From contig JAKVCF010000002.1 of the NCBI GenBank assembly GCA_022447335.1, positions 1 to 40,254 on the forward strand: 40,254 nt of DNA, read 5' to 3'. Under the pieces are notes generated by a model. It saw only the letters and a program-made list of their open reading frames with translations, was not told where the DNA came from and did not search any database. Origin of the DNA: Planctomycetota bacterium. Its GTDB lineage: Bacteria; Planctomycetota; UBA1135. The position numbers were made by a program, and so were the translations under genes. How positions within the stretch are numbered: the stretch's first letter is position 1; every line of letters begins with the position of its first letter. Positions 8,374 to 17,243 of the stretch are shown in pieces.

Positions 8374-10146
8374 ATGGCCGCCGCCCCGTCACCCCCCGAA
8401 TCAGAGCTCAAGCCGGATCCCTTTATGAAGGCCCTGGGATCCTTTAGTGGCATCTACTGGATTGCCAACTGGATGGAGCTAGTCGAGCGCTTCGCCTACT
8501 ACGGCGTTCGCGTCGTCCTGCCCGTCTTTATGGTCGAAGCGATCAGCGAGGGCGGCCCAGAATTTACACACATCCAAAAAGGCACTGTGTACGCCCTCTG
8601 GGCACTGGTTCAGAGCTTTGTGCCGATTTTCACAGGTGGCTTCGCAGATCAGTATGGCTACAAGCTGAATATTGTGATCGCGACGGTGCTGAAAATGATC
8701 GGCTACGTGCTGATGGGCTTCTGCATTCAGCTAAGCGACATGATGACAGGGACCCCACTGGCTGAAGCGCGAGCTGCGGGGACGGATCTCACTTACCCCA
8801 TCTTCTTTGCTGGAGCAATGTTCCTAGCAGCAGGTACCGCGATCTTTAAGCCGGGTCTACAAGGCTTGATCGCCAATCAGATGCCGAAGCGCAATGCCGC
8901 CTTCGGCTGGGGACTCTTCTATCAGATGGTCAACATCGGCGGCTTCATTGGGCCGCTTCTGGCAGGCTACCTGCGCATTCTCGAATGGGAATACGTCTTC
9001 CTTGCGTGCACCATCGGGATTGCGCTGAACTTCATCCCGCTGTTCTTTTTCAAAGAGCCTGCCCACCATGGTGAAGAAGAAGAAGAAGCCCGCTCGGTCT
9101 CGCGCGTGCTTTGGGATGCGGTTTGCGGATTACTTGAGCCCCGCCTCTTTTTCTTCACGATTGCATTCGCAGGCTTCTGGCTGATGTTCTACCAGTTGTT
9201 CGACATCCTGCCGAACTTCATCGATGACTGGGTCGACTCGCGTGCGGCGGCAGACATGCTCATGGGCATCTTCGGCGAAAGCGGCGTCCCTGTGGGCGAG
9301 GGCCCAAACGAGGGCAACCTGACTCAGGAATGGATGATTAACTTTAATGCGTTCCTGATTAGCATCTTTGCCTTTGCGATGGGCTACATCACCGGCAAGA
9401 TTCGCTCACTGACAGCCATCATTGTTGGCATCGCAATTTCAGCCGGAGCCATATACATGCTTGGCATGTCAATGAGCGGCTGGTGGATCCTTCTCGCAAT
9501 CGGCATTTTCTCACTCGGCGAGATGAGCGCGTCGCCGACCAAGATGCGCTATCTGGCATCGATCGCACCGGCAGGCAAAGAAGGCCTGTATATGGGCTAT
9601 GTCAACTTCACGGTTGGCATCGGCTGGTCGATCGGATCGATTGTGGCAGGCAACCTATATGAAGAGGGGGGTGACAAGATCAACTTGGCACGGAACTATC
9701 TCGCCGAGAATGGTTACATGACCAAAGCAGCCGCCGACGAGCTGGATCGGGGGAAAGTACTCGATGTGTTCACACAAACGGTCGAAGGCAACCCCGACCC
9801 ATGGGAAACACGTGAGCTCCTCTGGAATGCCTACGACCCAGAGGGTATGTGGCTACTGTTCACGGTCATCGGCCTAGCTTCGATGGTCCTCATAATTATC
9901 TACGACAAGATCACGTCCGCCGCTGATCGCAACCCGAGTCACAGCTTCAATACCAAGGGCCACATCTGGGTGCGTGGCGCGCTGGTCCCCATTATCGGCG
10001 CCTTCCTTTGGACCTGGATTAGTGGTGGCTCAGAAACTTCATTGGCTATCAAGGTCCAGTGCGTCATGTTTAGCCTGCTGATGTTTGCGACCTTCGTACA
10101 TGAATCCGAGCCGGATCATCCAAGCAGCCCGGACCCCGCGACTTGA
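8374..10146 (+). CDS. proton-dependent oligopeptide transporter (POT/PTR2 family)
   Basis: It has the POT signature ELVERFAYYGVR near the N-terminus and is a multi-pass membrane protein with a large acidic central loop. An alternative start is the ATG at 8425 (MKALGS...). Confidence 0.8.
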   Translation: MAAAPSPPESELKPDPFMKALGSFSGIYWIANWMELVERFAYYGVRVVLPVFMVEAISEGGPEFTHIQKGTVYALWALVQSFVPIFTGGFADQYGYKLNIVIATVLKMIGYVLMGFCIQLSDMMTGTPLAEARAAGTDLTYPIFFAGAMFLAAGTAIFKPGLQGLIANQMPKRNAAFGWGLFYQMVNIGGFIGPLLAGYLRILEWEYVFLACTIGIALNFIPLFFFKEPAHHGEEEEEARSVSRVLWDAVCGLLEPRLFFFTIAFAGFWLMFYQLFDILPNFIDDWVDSRAAADMLMGIFGESGVPVGEGPNEGNLTQEWMINFNAFLISIFAFAMGYITGKIRSLTAIIVGIAISAGAIYMLGMSMSGWWILLAIGIFSLGEMSASPTKMRYLASIAPAGKEGLYMGYVNFTVGIGWSIGSIVAGNLYEEGGDKINLARNYLAENGYMTKAAADELDRGKVLDVFTQTVEGNPDPWETRELLWNAYDPEGMWLLFTVIGLASMVLIIIYDKITSAADRNPSHSFNTKGHIWVRGALVPIIGAFLWTWISGGSETSLAIKVQCVMFSLLMFATFVHESEPDHPSSPDPAT

Positions 10147-10195
10147 TGAAGAGACCCTCTCCTGGCCTGAAGCTGCCAAGGAGACCAAATAGCGC

Positions 10196-10750
10196 CTACT
10201 CCTCGCCGTCCCAGACCGCATCGCTGCCCTGGACCGGCTGACCCGCGTGGACCGTCGGGGTCGCGGCGGGCTTAGACACTTCGTATGCCGGGCCCGGGCT
10301 GAAGGGCGGTAGTGGCGCCGGATCGTCTAACGGCGGCGAATCGCGGCGGAATCTGTCTATTGAAATCTTGCCTGCACCGGTGAAGAGTATTGCGAGAAAG
10401 GCTGCCAAGTAGAGACCCGCAAGTTCCCAGCCCGGCCCCCCAGCCGAATCACGGAAGGGGTGATCAAGATGGACCATGTAAATCGCGACGCCCATCGTGC
10501 CAGCGCAAGCAAGCGCCGCTGTGCGAGTCAGAAAGCCAAGCGCAACCAGCAACCCGCCTACCAGCTCGGTGATCTTAGCCAAATAAGCCCAAGCTTCGGG
10601 CGCGGGCCAACCCCGGCTAGCCACAAGCCCCGTCAGGCCTTCCATGCCCCCTTCAATCACAAATAGCGACTGATAGCCGTGCACAGCAAAGCCAAGGCCA
10701 AAGGTTAGCCGCAGAATCAGAAAAGCGATGGACTGCATCTTTGAGTGCAT
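10196..10750 (-). CDS. DoxX family membrane protein with Pro-rich C-terminal tail
   Basis: The regions MQSIAFLILRLTFGLGFAVHGYQ and GGLLVALGFLTRTAAL resemble DoxX. It starts 10 nt after the upstream BNR gene stop, so the two are probably co-transcribed. An alternative start is at 10738. Confidence 0.7.
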   Translation of the reverse strand: MHSKMQSIAFLILRLTFGLGFAVHGYQSLFVIEGGMEGLTGLVASRGWPAPEAWAYLAKITELVGGLLVALGFLTRTAALACAGTMGVAIYMVHLDHPFRDSAGGPGWELAGLYLAAFLAILFTGAGKISIDRFRRDSPPLDDPAPLPPFSPGPAYEVSKPAATPTVHAGQPVQGSDAVWDGEE

Positions 10751-10760
10751 CCTACCCGTG

Positions 10761-13370
10761 CTACTGGCCTACGACGGCGCGCAATCCGTGGCTGAGTGAC
10801 CAACCGCCAGCCTGTCCGGCGTCTTGGAGTACCGCCTGCAGGAAGAACTCCTTCCCCACTAGGCCTGCCACATTTGGCACGCCCAGCGAAACCGAGTCAT
10901 CGCCGGAAGCAGTGGTCCGTAAGTTGAACTGAAAGACCTGCTTACTGAGGTCAACAAAAACCACCCCACCGAGGTCTGATGTCTCCGCTGCCGCTCGAGA
11001 GATCACCAGGAAGCCCCGGGCATTCGGCAAGCCACCTTGTACGGTCACCTGAAGCGTCGTGCCAATTAGCGGCTGTGCGCTCGCACGCAGTTGTAAGTGA
11101 TTCGGTTCACCGCGCAACTCGCCATAGGGAAAGAATCCGGGCGTGCCGGGCGAATAATCCCAAACTCCGCGGCCGTAAGTGCCGAAACGAATGATATTGC
11201 GCGAGGGCACTGCTTCGACAGACCAGTACAAAGTGATCGGGCCATCCGGACCCAGAATGTCATTCCACTGGCGCTCGATCGGATCCCATTCCCAAGCGCC
11301 CGACTCGGTGCCCAAGTACATACGGCCACTGCCATCTGGAGCCTCAACCATGCAGTAAGCCAAAGTGCGCGGAAGATTCTGACTTCGATTGCGCCAAGTA
11401 ACTCCACCGTCATCGGAGTAACGGACAGCGGCGGTCGAGTATCCCGAGCCCGCAATCCAAACCTCGTTGGGGTTGCGTTCGCTGGCAACAATGGTCGTGC
11501 CGTAAAAGTAATGTGCGCCCGGCCCAGTATCAGCCGATTGCGTCCAATTAACCCCACCATCGGTCGACCAGAAAATCTTCCCATCCGATGTACACGCCCA
11601 AGCTAGATTCGGATCGATCGGCGAGAACTCGAGACTAGTTAGGGTTCCTTGGAAATCAAAGTTGGTGTGCTGCACTGGCGCCCAACTCGATGTGCCGCTA
11701 CGCGTGTAACGCCATAGATTGCGGCCGCAAAGGTAAAAGGACTTCTTGTCCGTGGGGTCTGCAATCATGAAAGGTAGCCACTGCCCACTGAAGCCGTTCG
11801 GAAAGTCAACTGTGTGCAATCGTGGATCGGCCTCGCCTTCCTGAACGAGTACAAATCCTGGATAATCGCTGTAAACCAAATCATGGCTGCCATCCGAACT
11901 ACTGATGTGGCCGTAATCACCTGAAATCAGTTGGTCAAAGTCAGCGTAAGGCCCAGGTCGCCCATGCGGCGCTGGCGTAACCGCCCACTGATAACCCTGG
12001 TCTTGCGAGCCTGCGGCAATCACGTCGGGATTGCGACGACTAGTCCAAGTGGAGTAGTACTGACTCACCCCTAACGTCTGCATGGACAGGTTGCGCACCG
12101 TACGCAAACGATCGACGCTCTCATAAGTACCCCCATGCGTATTGATGAACCACCGCTCGCCGTATCCCGTAGCAACGTCTGGCAGTACATGTATAGACAT
12201 AACATCTGCGTGCAGTTTGCCTAGAGGATCGCTGTAGTACTCACCCCAACCATTGACCGTCTGGAAACTCGAACCTGAATCACGCGAGAGATACATGTTG
12301 ACACCACCGTATGCAATCAGCTTGGTGGTTTGCGTCCCGGTAGAGAAAGCATCCCACATGCCGGGTAGATCATTGGGGTGTGCCCAACTACTGCCACCGT
12401 CTTCGGTGCGCCACAGCTCCCACGTATCCGAGTTGTTCTGCTTGACTGCCAAACTGAATACTAGGCCCGGCCCGCCTGCTTCGTGACCTCCGAGGTAGAC
12501 CTCTTGCGCGAAAAAGGGCGCTTTAGCGCCCTGCACCGCCCAGTTACTACCAGCATCGCTCGAGCGCAACAGGCGATCGTCATCGATCAGATAGACGTCA
12601 CCCAACTGATCACGCGGCGTCCAAATATCCGGCGTGTATCCGCTCAAATCGCGCAGTTCGGCCCAGTTCGCGCCAGCGTCCGTCGACCGAAATAATCGCC
12701 ACCCATTACGGCGACCCAGTAACAGTAGGGTCTGGCTCGTATCGTCAAGCTTTAGGAGACGACGCGTCGATGTAAGGTTGTCTAAACCATTCGGGAATTG
12801 CCATATGCCACCACCGTTGTCGCTGTACATAACTGTGCCACCATTGGCACGCACTAGCGTCGGCTGCCCGGGCCCATCGATCACGACCAACTGCTGAGCG
12901 CCGCCGTAAACGTGATCGCTGATCGGGGTCCAGTCATCACCGCTAGTCGGCCCCTTCCAGACTCCACCTAGTGCCGAGCCCAGGTAAAGCGTGCTGCCAT
13001 CTGCGCTTCGCGTCGAAGTAAGTATGTTGCCCGCTTGGTTGCGAGAGCCAACCTCGGTCCAACTGCCCGAAGTCGCAACGCCGGATCGCTGCATCAATCT
13101 CTTGCGCTCCGCCGCTGCGCGCGCGTTCTCTGCTTCAATGACTCGCCAATCCGCGCCGGGAGCGATGCGGTGTCGCTGCTCCATCCACTCACGGCGCCTC
13201 TCCTGGTTATCCTCCTCATCCTGCCCCTCGGCAACCTCCGGGTCGCCGCCAGTCGGCGAAGGCAACAAGGTCGCACGAGGCTCGGCGAAAGAAGTTTTCT
13301 GACAAGCGCCCACTACGAGCAACGGGAACCCAAACAGTAAAGCTCTATACAATTTTTGGAGGCTGCTCAT
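10761..13370 (-). CDS. large secreted lipoprotein with BNR/Asp-box repeats (beta-propeller, Ycf48/sialidase/GH74-like fold)
   Basis: It has a lipobox (LLVVGAC) and at least six SxDxGxxW/F boxes: STDAGANW, SSDAGSNW, TEDGGSSW, SRDSGSSF, STDGGVNW and SDDGGVTW. Confidence 0.7.
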   Translation of the reverse strand: MSSLQKLYRALLFGFPLLVVGACQKTSFAEPRATLLPSPTGGDPEVAEGQDEEDNQERRREWMEQRHRIAPGADWRVIEAENARAAAERKRLMQRSGVATSGSWTEVGSRNQAGNILTSTRSADGSTLYLGSALGGVWKGPTSGDDWTPISDHVYGGAQQLVVIDGPGQPTLVRANGGTVMYSDNGGGIWQFPNGLDNLTSTRRLLKLDDTSQTLLLLGRRNGWRLFRSTDAGANWAELRDLSGYTPDIWTPRDQLGDVYLIDDDRLLRSSDAGSNWAVQGAKAPFFAQEVYLGGHEAGGPGLVFSLAVKQNNSDTWELWRTEDGGSSWAHPNDLPGMWDAFSTGTQTTKLIAYGGVNMYLSRDSGSSFQTVNGWGEYYSDPLGKLHADVMSIHVLPDVATGYGERWFINTHGGTYESVDRLRTVRNLSMQTLGVSQYYSTWTSRRNPDVIAAGSQDQGYQWAVTPAPHGRPGPYADFDQLISGDYGHISSSDGSHDLVYSDYPGFVLVQEGEADPRLHTVDFPNGFSGQWLPFMIADPTDKKSFYLCGRNLWRYTRSGTSSWAPVQHTNFDFQGTLTSLEFSPIDPNLAWACTSDGKIFWSTDGGVNWTQSADTGPGAHYFYGTTIVASERNPNEVWIAGSGYSTAAVRYSDDGGVTWRNRSQNLPRTLAYCMVEAPDGSGRMYLGTESGAWEWDPIERQWNDILGPDGPITLYWSVEAVPSRNIIRFGTYGRGVWDYSPGTPGFFPYGELRGEPNHLQLRASAQPLIGTTLQVTVQGGLPNARGFLVISRAAAETSDLGGVVFVDLSKQVFQFNLRTTASGDDSVSLGVPNVAGLVGKEFFLQAVLQDAGQAGGWSLSHGLRAVVGQ

Positions 13371-13439
13371 AGGAAAAGGCGCGGCTTATCGCCTCAGCGA
13401 CGCTGACTGTAGGCAATTCTATCCGGTTTCACGCTGGCT

Positions 13440-13457
13440 GGACTCGACTTCGAGTCC
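13440..13457 (-). terminator. perfect palindrome/hairpin just after the glycosylase stop (candidate terminator without a U-tract)
   Basis: GGACTCGA-CT-TCGAGTCC lies 11 nt downstream of the TAA at 13469-13471 (minus strand). No T-run follows, so it could equally be a protein-binding palindrome in the BNR gene promoter region. Confidence 0.3.
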
Positions 13458-13468
13458 GCTATCACACA

Positions 13469-14113
13469 TTAAGTTCGCACTTCGTCGACGACGCGCCAAA
13501 GCGTCCATGCAGCCTGGGTCCTAAACGGAGACCAGGCCGCCGCACGTTGCTCTAGCTTCTTGGCAGTCGGGCGTCGCTCAAGTCCATCAAGAATGCGCAT
13601 ACCTTCCTGTAAACCCAAATCAGCAGGCGGCAAAACATCGAGGCGACCAAGCTTAAACATCAGGAAGACTTGCGCTGTCCAGGGGCCGATGCCGCGCACC
13701 TGCACAAGATGGTCGATGACCTCCTGATTATCCATGCTGCTCAAACTACGTAGCCGCAGATCGCCTTCGACTACGCGTTGCGCGAGGTCACGTATTGATG
13801 CCAGCTTGTTACGCGACAGGCCGGCGCCACGAAGCTTCGCCTCTGGTAACGCAAGCAACTCTTCAGGTGAAGGTGGGCGACGCCCCGGGGTCAACGCCGC
13901 GTAGCGCCCCCAAATCGTCGAAGCTGCGGCCCCCGCGAGTTGCTGAAAGACGATGGAACGTGCGAGGTAAACGAAGTTTGATTGGCGTGCGAGCGGTCCA
14001 ATAGGAAAGTCCGGCATAGGGTCTAGCCGACACACAGCATCGGCCATGGTTGGATCAACCTCGCGGAAGTGCGCGAGAGCGCGGCGACGCTGCGTCGACG
14101 CCTTACTTGGCAT
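13469..14113 (-). CDS. DNA-3-methyladenine glycosylase II-like (HhH-GPD superfamily)
   Basis: It has the helix-hairpin-helix segment VRGIGPWTAQVFLMFKLGRLDVLPPADLGLQEG with the catalytic-type Asp. I chose the start at the ATG at 14113, which overlaps the upstream gene stop (14103) by 11 nt. Confidence 0.75.
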   Translation of the reverse strand: MPSKASTQRRRALAHFREVDPTMADAVCRLDPMPDFPIGPLARQSNFVYLARSIVFQQLAGAAASTIWGRYAALTPGRRPPSPEELLALPEAKLRGAGLSRNKLASIRDLAQRVVEGDLRLRSLSSMDNQEVIDHLVQVRGIGPWTAQVFLMFKLGRLDVLPPADLGLQEGMRILDGLERRPTAKKLEQRAAAWSPFRTQAAWTLWRVVDEVRT

Positions 14114-15689
14114 CGTCCGCAGCGGCCGGAGCAGCCGGAGCGGGCTCTTCTTTCGGCTGCAGCACACCTTCCCACCAACCGGTCATCGCAGCTCCACGAT
14201 CTGATTCGATGTGCAAACTCGGCGGATCGACAATGCGATCCGGATACTTTTGCTCGAACTCGGTCATGATCTCACGCAATCTCTCTTCACCAGCCTGATG
14301 CGCCAGGACAACAACCACGGCCCCTGCGCCGGCCCCAGCCAAACGACCACCGAACAAGCCGGCGTCACGGCCAGCCGACTGGATCTGCGATAAAATATCA
14401 TTGACCGCATCGTCCTGAATGCCGCACTTATCACGTAGCGAGCGATTCGAAGAGCCGAGCACCTTACCTGCTTCGGATAGGTGATCTTCACGCTTCGTGC
14501 GCGCATACTCAGCAAGTTGCTCGACGAAACGATGTACGCGGCCCGATTCGCGCATCTGGTGCTCGGATAGGGCACGCTCGCGGAACGGGCGATCTGGATC
14601 CACCATCTCAGCGATCTCCGGCTCATCTTTTGAAAAGTTCGCTAACCAGTCAGCGCCACTTTCACGCGCTGGCACAAAGCTGCGTAAACCGCCTTCGAAC
14701 TCCTTCGGCGTGACCTGGCCCCAACCCCCGTACTGCGGCTCCTTTTGCTTACGCCGCTCCTTATTCAAATGGGCCATCCCCATAGCCGCACCCGCGGCAG
14801 CAGCAATCTGGTCTTCCTCTTCAGTAATCGGATCCATCCCGAGGTCGATCGCGCCAAGGAACGTGTGATCAGGAATCGGAGCCCAGTGCATGGTCGGATC
14901 GGCGCCGTGCTCGACGAGCATTCCAGTCTGGCGTTCAGCGAGAGCACAAGTAATTGCATCGGCCAGCGGTATACGAACCTTCATGACTTCCTTGGCTCCG
15001 TGCACGATGGCGCGCGCTAAGCGAATGCCGTCAACGCGCTTCTTGTCCAGGCCGGTCGAAGCCTTAAAGGCCATTGCCGTCGAGGTCATCATGGCCACGT
15101 CACCACCAAAGCCATTGAGCACCGGCAGGCGCGACCAGACCACGAGACTGAAGCCGAACTTAGGCGTGTTCAGCTGATGCGTGCGACGGAGGCCGATCAT
15201 GGTGGCCATCATCCGAATCATCCAAGCGCTGCTATCCGTCTCCTCAAACAGCGCCTCGAGTACGGCTTGGCTGCGCGGCGGCCCTTTCTTGGTGTAGATG
15301 TCCGAGATCTGGCCTGACCAATCAAGGTTTTCACCTTGTTCTCCACCGCCCAAAATCCGAATGTGGATGCCATCGTCTTCGCGGTTCTGAATCGCGCTAT
15401 AAACGGCACGTGATCCCGCGACGTGGAAGGTGGCGCTCCCGGTATGCTCGCCTGGGCCACCAATCACTTGGAAAACCGCTGGAGCGCGTGTGATCCACAG
15501 CGGAGCATCCAGCTGCAGAATGTCACCAGCACTGCTCGGAAGGAGCAATGAGAACGGCAGCAGGGAGGGGTTGAGGGCGGGTTGCGGCACGACGCAAGTC
15601 TGCCGCACGAGACCTGTGCGCGGCTCGATCTCTTTATGCCCTCGCGGGGCAAAAAACGCAAGTCTGAGCCTGGCCCCAGAAAAGGGCAC
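14103..15689 (-). CDS. GHMP kinase superfamily protein (galactokinase-like, divergent)
   Basis: It has an N-terminal galactokinase-like APAVFQVIGGPGEHTG, a degenerate phosphate-loop region LNGFGGDVAMMTSTAMA and a C-terminal GGRLAGAGAGAVVVVL typical of GHMP kinases. The start is uncertain. The longest ORF begins with GTG at 15689, and in-frame GTG/TTG codons occur at 15608, 15590 and 15548. Confidence 0.6.
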   Translation of the reverse strand: MPFSGARLRLAFFAPRGHKEIEPRTGLVRQTCVVPQPALNPSLLPFSLLLPSSAGDILQLDAPLWITRAPAVFQVIGGPGEHTGSATFHVAGSRAVYSAIQNREDDGIHIRILGGGEQGENLDWSGQISDIYTKKGPPRSQAVLEALFEETDSSAWMIRMMATMIGLRRTHQLNTPKFGFSLVVWSRLPVLNGFGGDVAMMTSTAMAFKASTGLDKKRVDGIRLARAIVHGAKEVMKVRIPLADAITCALAERQTGMLVEHGADPTMHWAPIPDHTFLGAIDLGMDPITEEEDQIAAAAGAAMGMAHLNKERRKQKEPQYGGWGQVTPKEFEGGLRSFVPARESGADWLANFSKDEPEIAEMVDPDRPFRERALSEHQMRESGRVHRFVEQLAEYARTKREDHLSEAGKVLGSSNRSLRDKCGIQDDAVNDILSQIQSAGRDAGLFGGRLAGAGAGAVVVVLAHQAGEERLREIMTEFEQKYPDRIVDPPSLHIESDRGAAMTGWWEGVLQPKEEPAPAAPAAADDAK

Positions 15690-15697
15690 TTATCATC

Positions 15698-15726
15698 CTT
15701 AAGTGTATTTAATGTATAGACTTAAG
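15698..15726. repeat. AT-rich inverted repeat between the sulfatase-like and GHMP-like genes
   Basis: CTTAAGT (15698-15704) and ACTTAAG (15720-15726) are exact reverse complements around a 15-nt AT-rich spacer. This is the most AT-rich spot of the region. Confidence 0.4.
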
Positions 15727-15826
15727 GGCTATGCAGATAGTCTGAATCACGTTTGAGAAATCCGCCCGAAACCTTGGTGGGACCGTGACTTCCGCCGATC
15801 TGGCTCGGGGAAGTGCTCTGAACAGC

Positions 15827-17233
15827 CTATTCACCACCCTCTTCTTCGCCATCGGCGTAGCCCAGCCGCTCAAGCATGGCCCGTTCAGCCTCGCTCTGTT
15901 CGACTTCGCGCAGCACCGCCCGGTCGCTAATGCCCGCCTCAGCGAAGCGGCGCAGCGCAACCCCCAACTTCTCATGGATTTCGGGTTGATCCTGGACTGC
16001 GACGGGGCTTTGCTCGAGCGGATCCGCCTCAATATCGAACATGCTGAGTTGACCTTCCTCATTGAGAATCATTCTCCAGCGCTTGTGATTCACCCCCCAG
16101 ATGTCGAGTGGTCGGAATTTACTCTTACGTCGGTGCGCATACAACAAGCGCTCCTCCAGCCCCTCGCTGGCGACCCCGGTGAGAAGTGGGGCCAAACTCT
16201 TCCCTGAGGTTTCGACTGGTGGGGCCAGCTGTAAATGATCGAGAAGTGTTGGCAGCAGATCGTGAATTCCTACTGGCGTGGCAATGCGGCCGGCCTGCAC
16301 TCCTGGGCCGCGCGCCATGAGCAGGATGCGATTCAGCTCGGCATGCATCTGGAAACTATGGCCAATACCACCGTGTTCGCCGAACTCTTCACCGTGATCA
16401 GAAACCACGATGACTAAGGTGTCTTTATCCCAACCCCAGGACTTTTCGAGAGCAGCAAGATGTTCGTCCATGAAACGCAGCTCGCTGCGATAAGCCTCGG
16501 CTGCCTCCTCGGCCTCACTGCGAGTCTCGCCCGGGTCAGACTCTCCGCCGCTCGATGGCTGATACCACGGAGCGCGCTGGTTGTAAGGCTTGTGTACATC
16601 CATGTAGTGGAGATAGAGAAAATAGGGCTGGTCGCCTTGAGTGAGCGGCTCCCGCCACGACTCAATCCACTCCGTAACTTCGTTGGCTGTACCTTCTGGC
16701 CGCACCTGAAACTCTTCGAAGCCTCGATCGAAGCCAATCTGCGGTCCGATATTCGGGTTGGTCGCAATGCCAAAGCAGCGATAACCAAACTCTCGCAAGT
16801 ACTGCGGCAACAGCACCATGTCCGGCGCGAAAGTGTTGATCTTCTGACCGGTTGGCGCGCGATCCGCGACGCCTTTGTCCTCCTGTCGCTCTTTGCGCCG
16901 CGAATTGGCCATAAAGCCTTCCACAATGCCGTGCTCTGGCGGGTAAAGCCCGCTGAATAAAGAGGCGCAAGCTGGCGCCGTCCAGGTAGACGAGCTCCAA
17001 CAACGATCAAAGACCGCAGCTTGATCTGCAAAGGACCTCATCCAAGGCGAGGTCGGGCGAGCTTCTCCGTAAGCCTGTGTGTAATCGGGGCGCAACGCAT
17101 CGAGCATCAGCAGTACCACATTAGGCTGCTTTCTCCCTCCACGAAGCGCACGGGCTTGAGAAGCAAGTGCCCATGCACTCGCCCCCACTGCAGCACTGGT
17201 CTGCAAAAACTCGCGACGGGTGCTCGGGCTCAT
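15827..17233 (-). CDS. sulfatase-like hydrolase/transferase (alkaline phosphatase superfamily), Tat-exported
   Basis: The twin-arginine signal is MSPSTRREFLQTSAAVGASAWALA. The metal-site motif is NVVLLMLDALRPDY. The nucleophile region reads WTAPACASLFSGLYPPEHG, that is T-x-P-x-C where sulfatases have C/S-x-P-x-R. The motif VVSDHGEEFGEHGGIGH is also present. I chose the start at the ATG at 17233, 10 nt after the ispG stop. Confidence 0.75.
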   Translation of the reverse strand: MSPSTRREFLQTSAAVGASAWALASQARALRGGRKQPNVVLLMLDALRPDYTQAYGEARPTSPWMRSFADQAAVFDRCWSSSTWTAPACASLFSGLYPPEHGIVEGFMANSRRKERQEDKGVADRAPTGQKINTFAPDMVLLPQYLREFGYRCFGIATNPNIGPQIGFDRGFEEFQVRPEGTANEVTEWIESWREPLTQGDQPYFLYLHYMDVHKPYNQRAPWYQPSSGGESDPGETRSEAEEAAEAYRSELRFMDEHLAALEKSWGWDKDTLVIVVSDHGEEFGEHGGIGHSFQMHAELNRILLMARGPGVQAGRIATPVGIHDLLPTLLDHLQLAPPVETSGKSLAPLLTGVASEGLEERLLYAHRRKSKFRPLDIWGVNHKRWRMILNEEGQLSMFDIEADPLEQSPVAVQDQPEIHEKLGVALRRFAEAGISDRAVLREVEQSEAERAMLERLGYADGEEEGGE

Positions 17234-17243
17234 ACCTTCTAGC

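Noticed and set aside
8306-8392. N-terminal extension of the M20 peptidase ORF
   Set aside because: It would overlap the divergent POT gene start. The ATG at 8305 is preceded by a -10-like hexamer with leaderless spacing.
9073-9087. (GAA)5 trinucleotide repeat as a contingency locus
   Set aside because: It has only five in-frame units encoding EEEEE in a cytoplasmic loop. Length changes would stay in frame, so it is unlikely to act as a switch.
10147-10195. Imperfect hairpin CTCCTGG...CCAAGGAG between the convergent POT and DoxX genes as a bidirectional terminator
   Set aside because: The stem is bulged and no T-run follows on either strand. It is too weak to call.
16414-17031. Long antisense or alternative-frame ORFs (also 819-1301, 2539-2967, 11066-11606, 21174-21524 and 35130-35780, among others)
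   Set aside because: Each is fully embedded in a gene with clear family motifs. The Arg/Ser/Ala/Pro-rich translations are typical of off-frame ORFs in GC-rich DNA.
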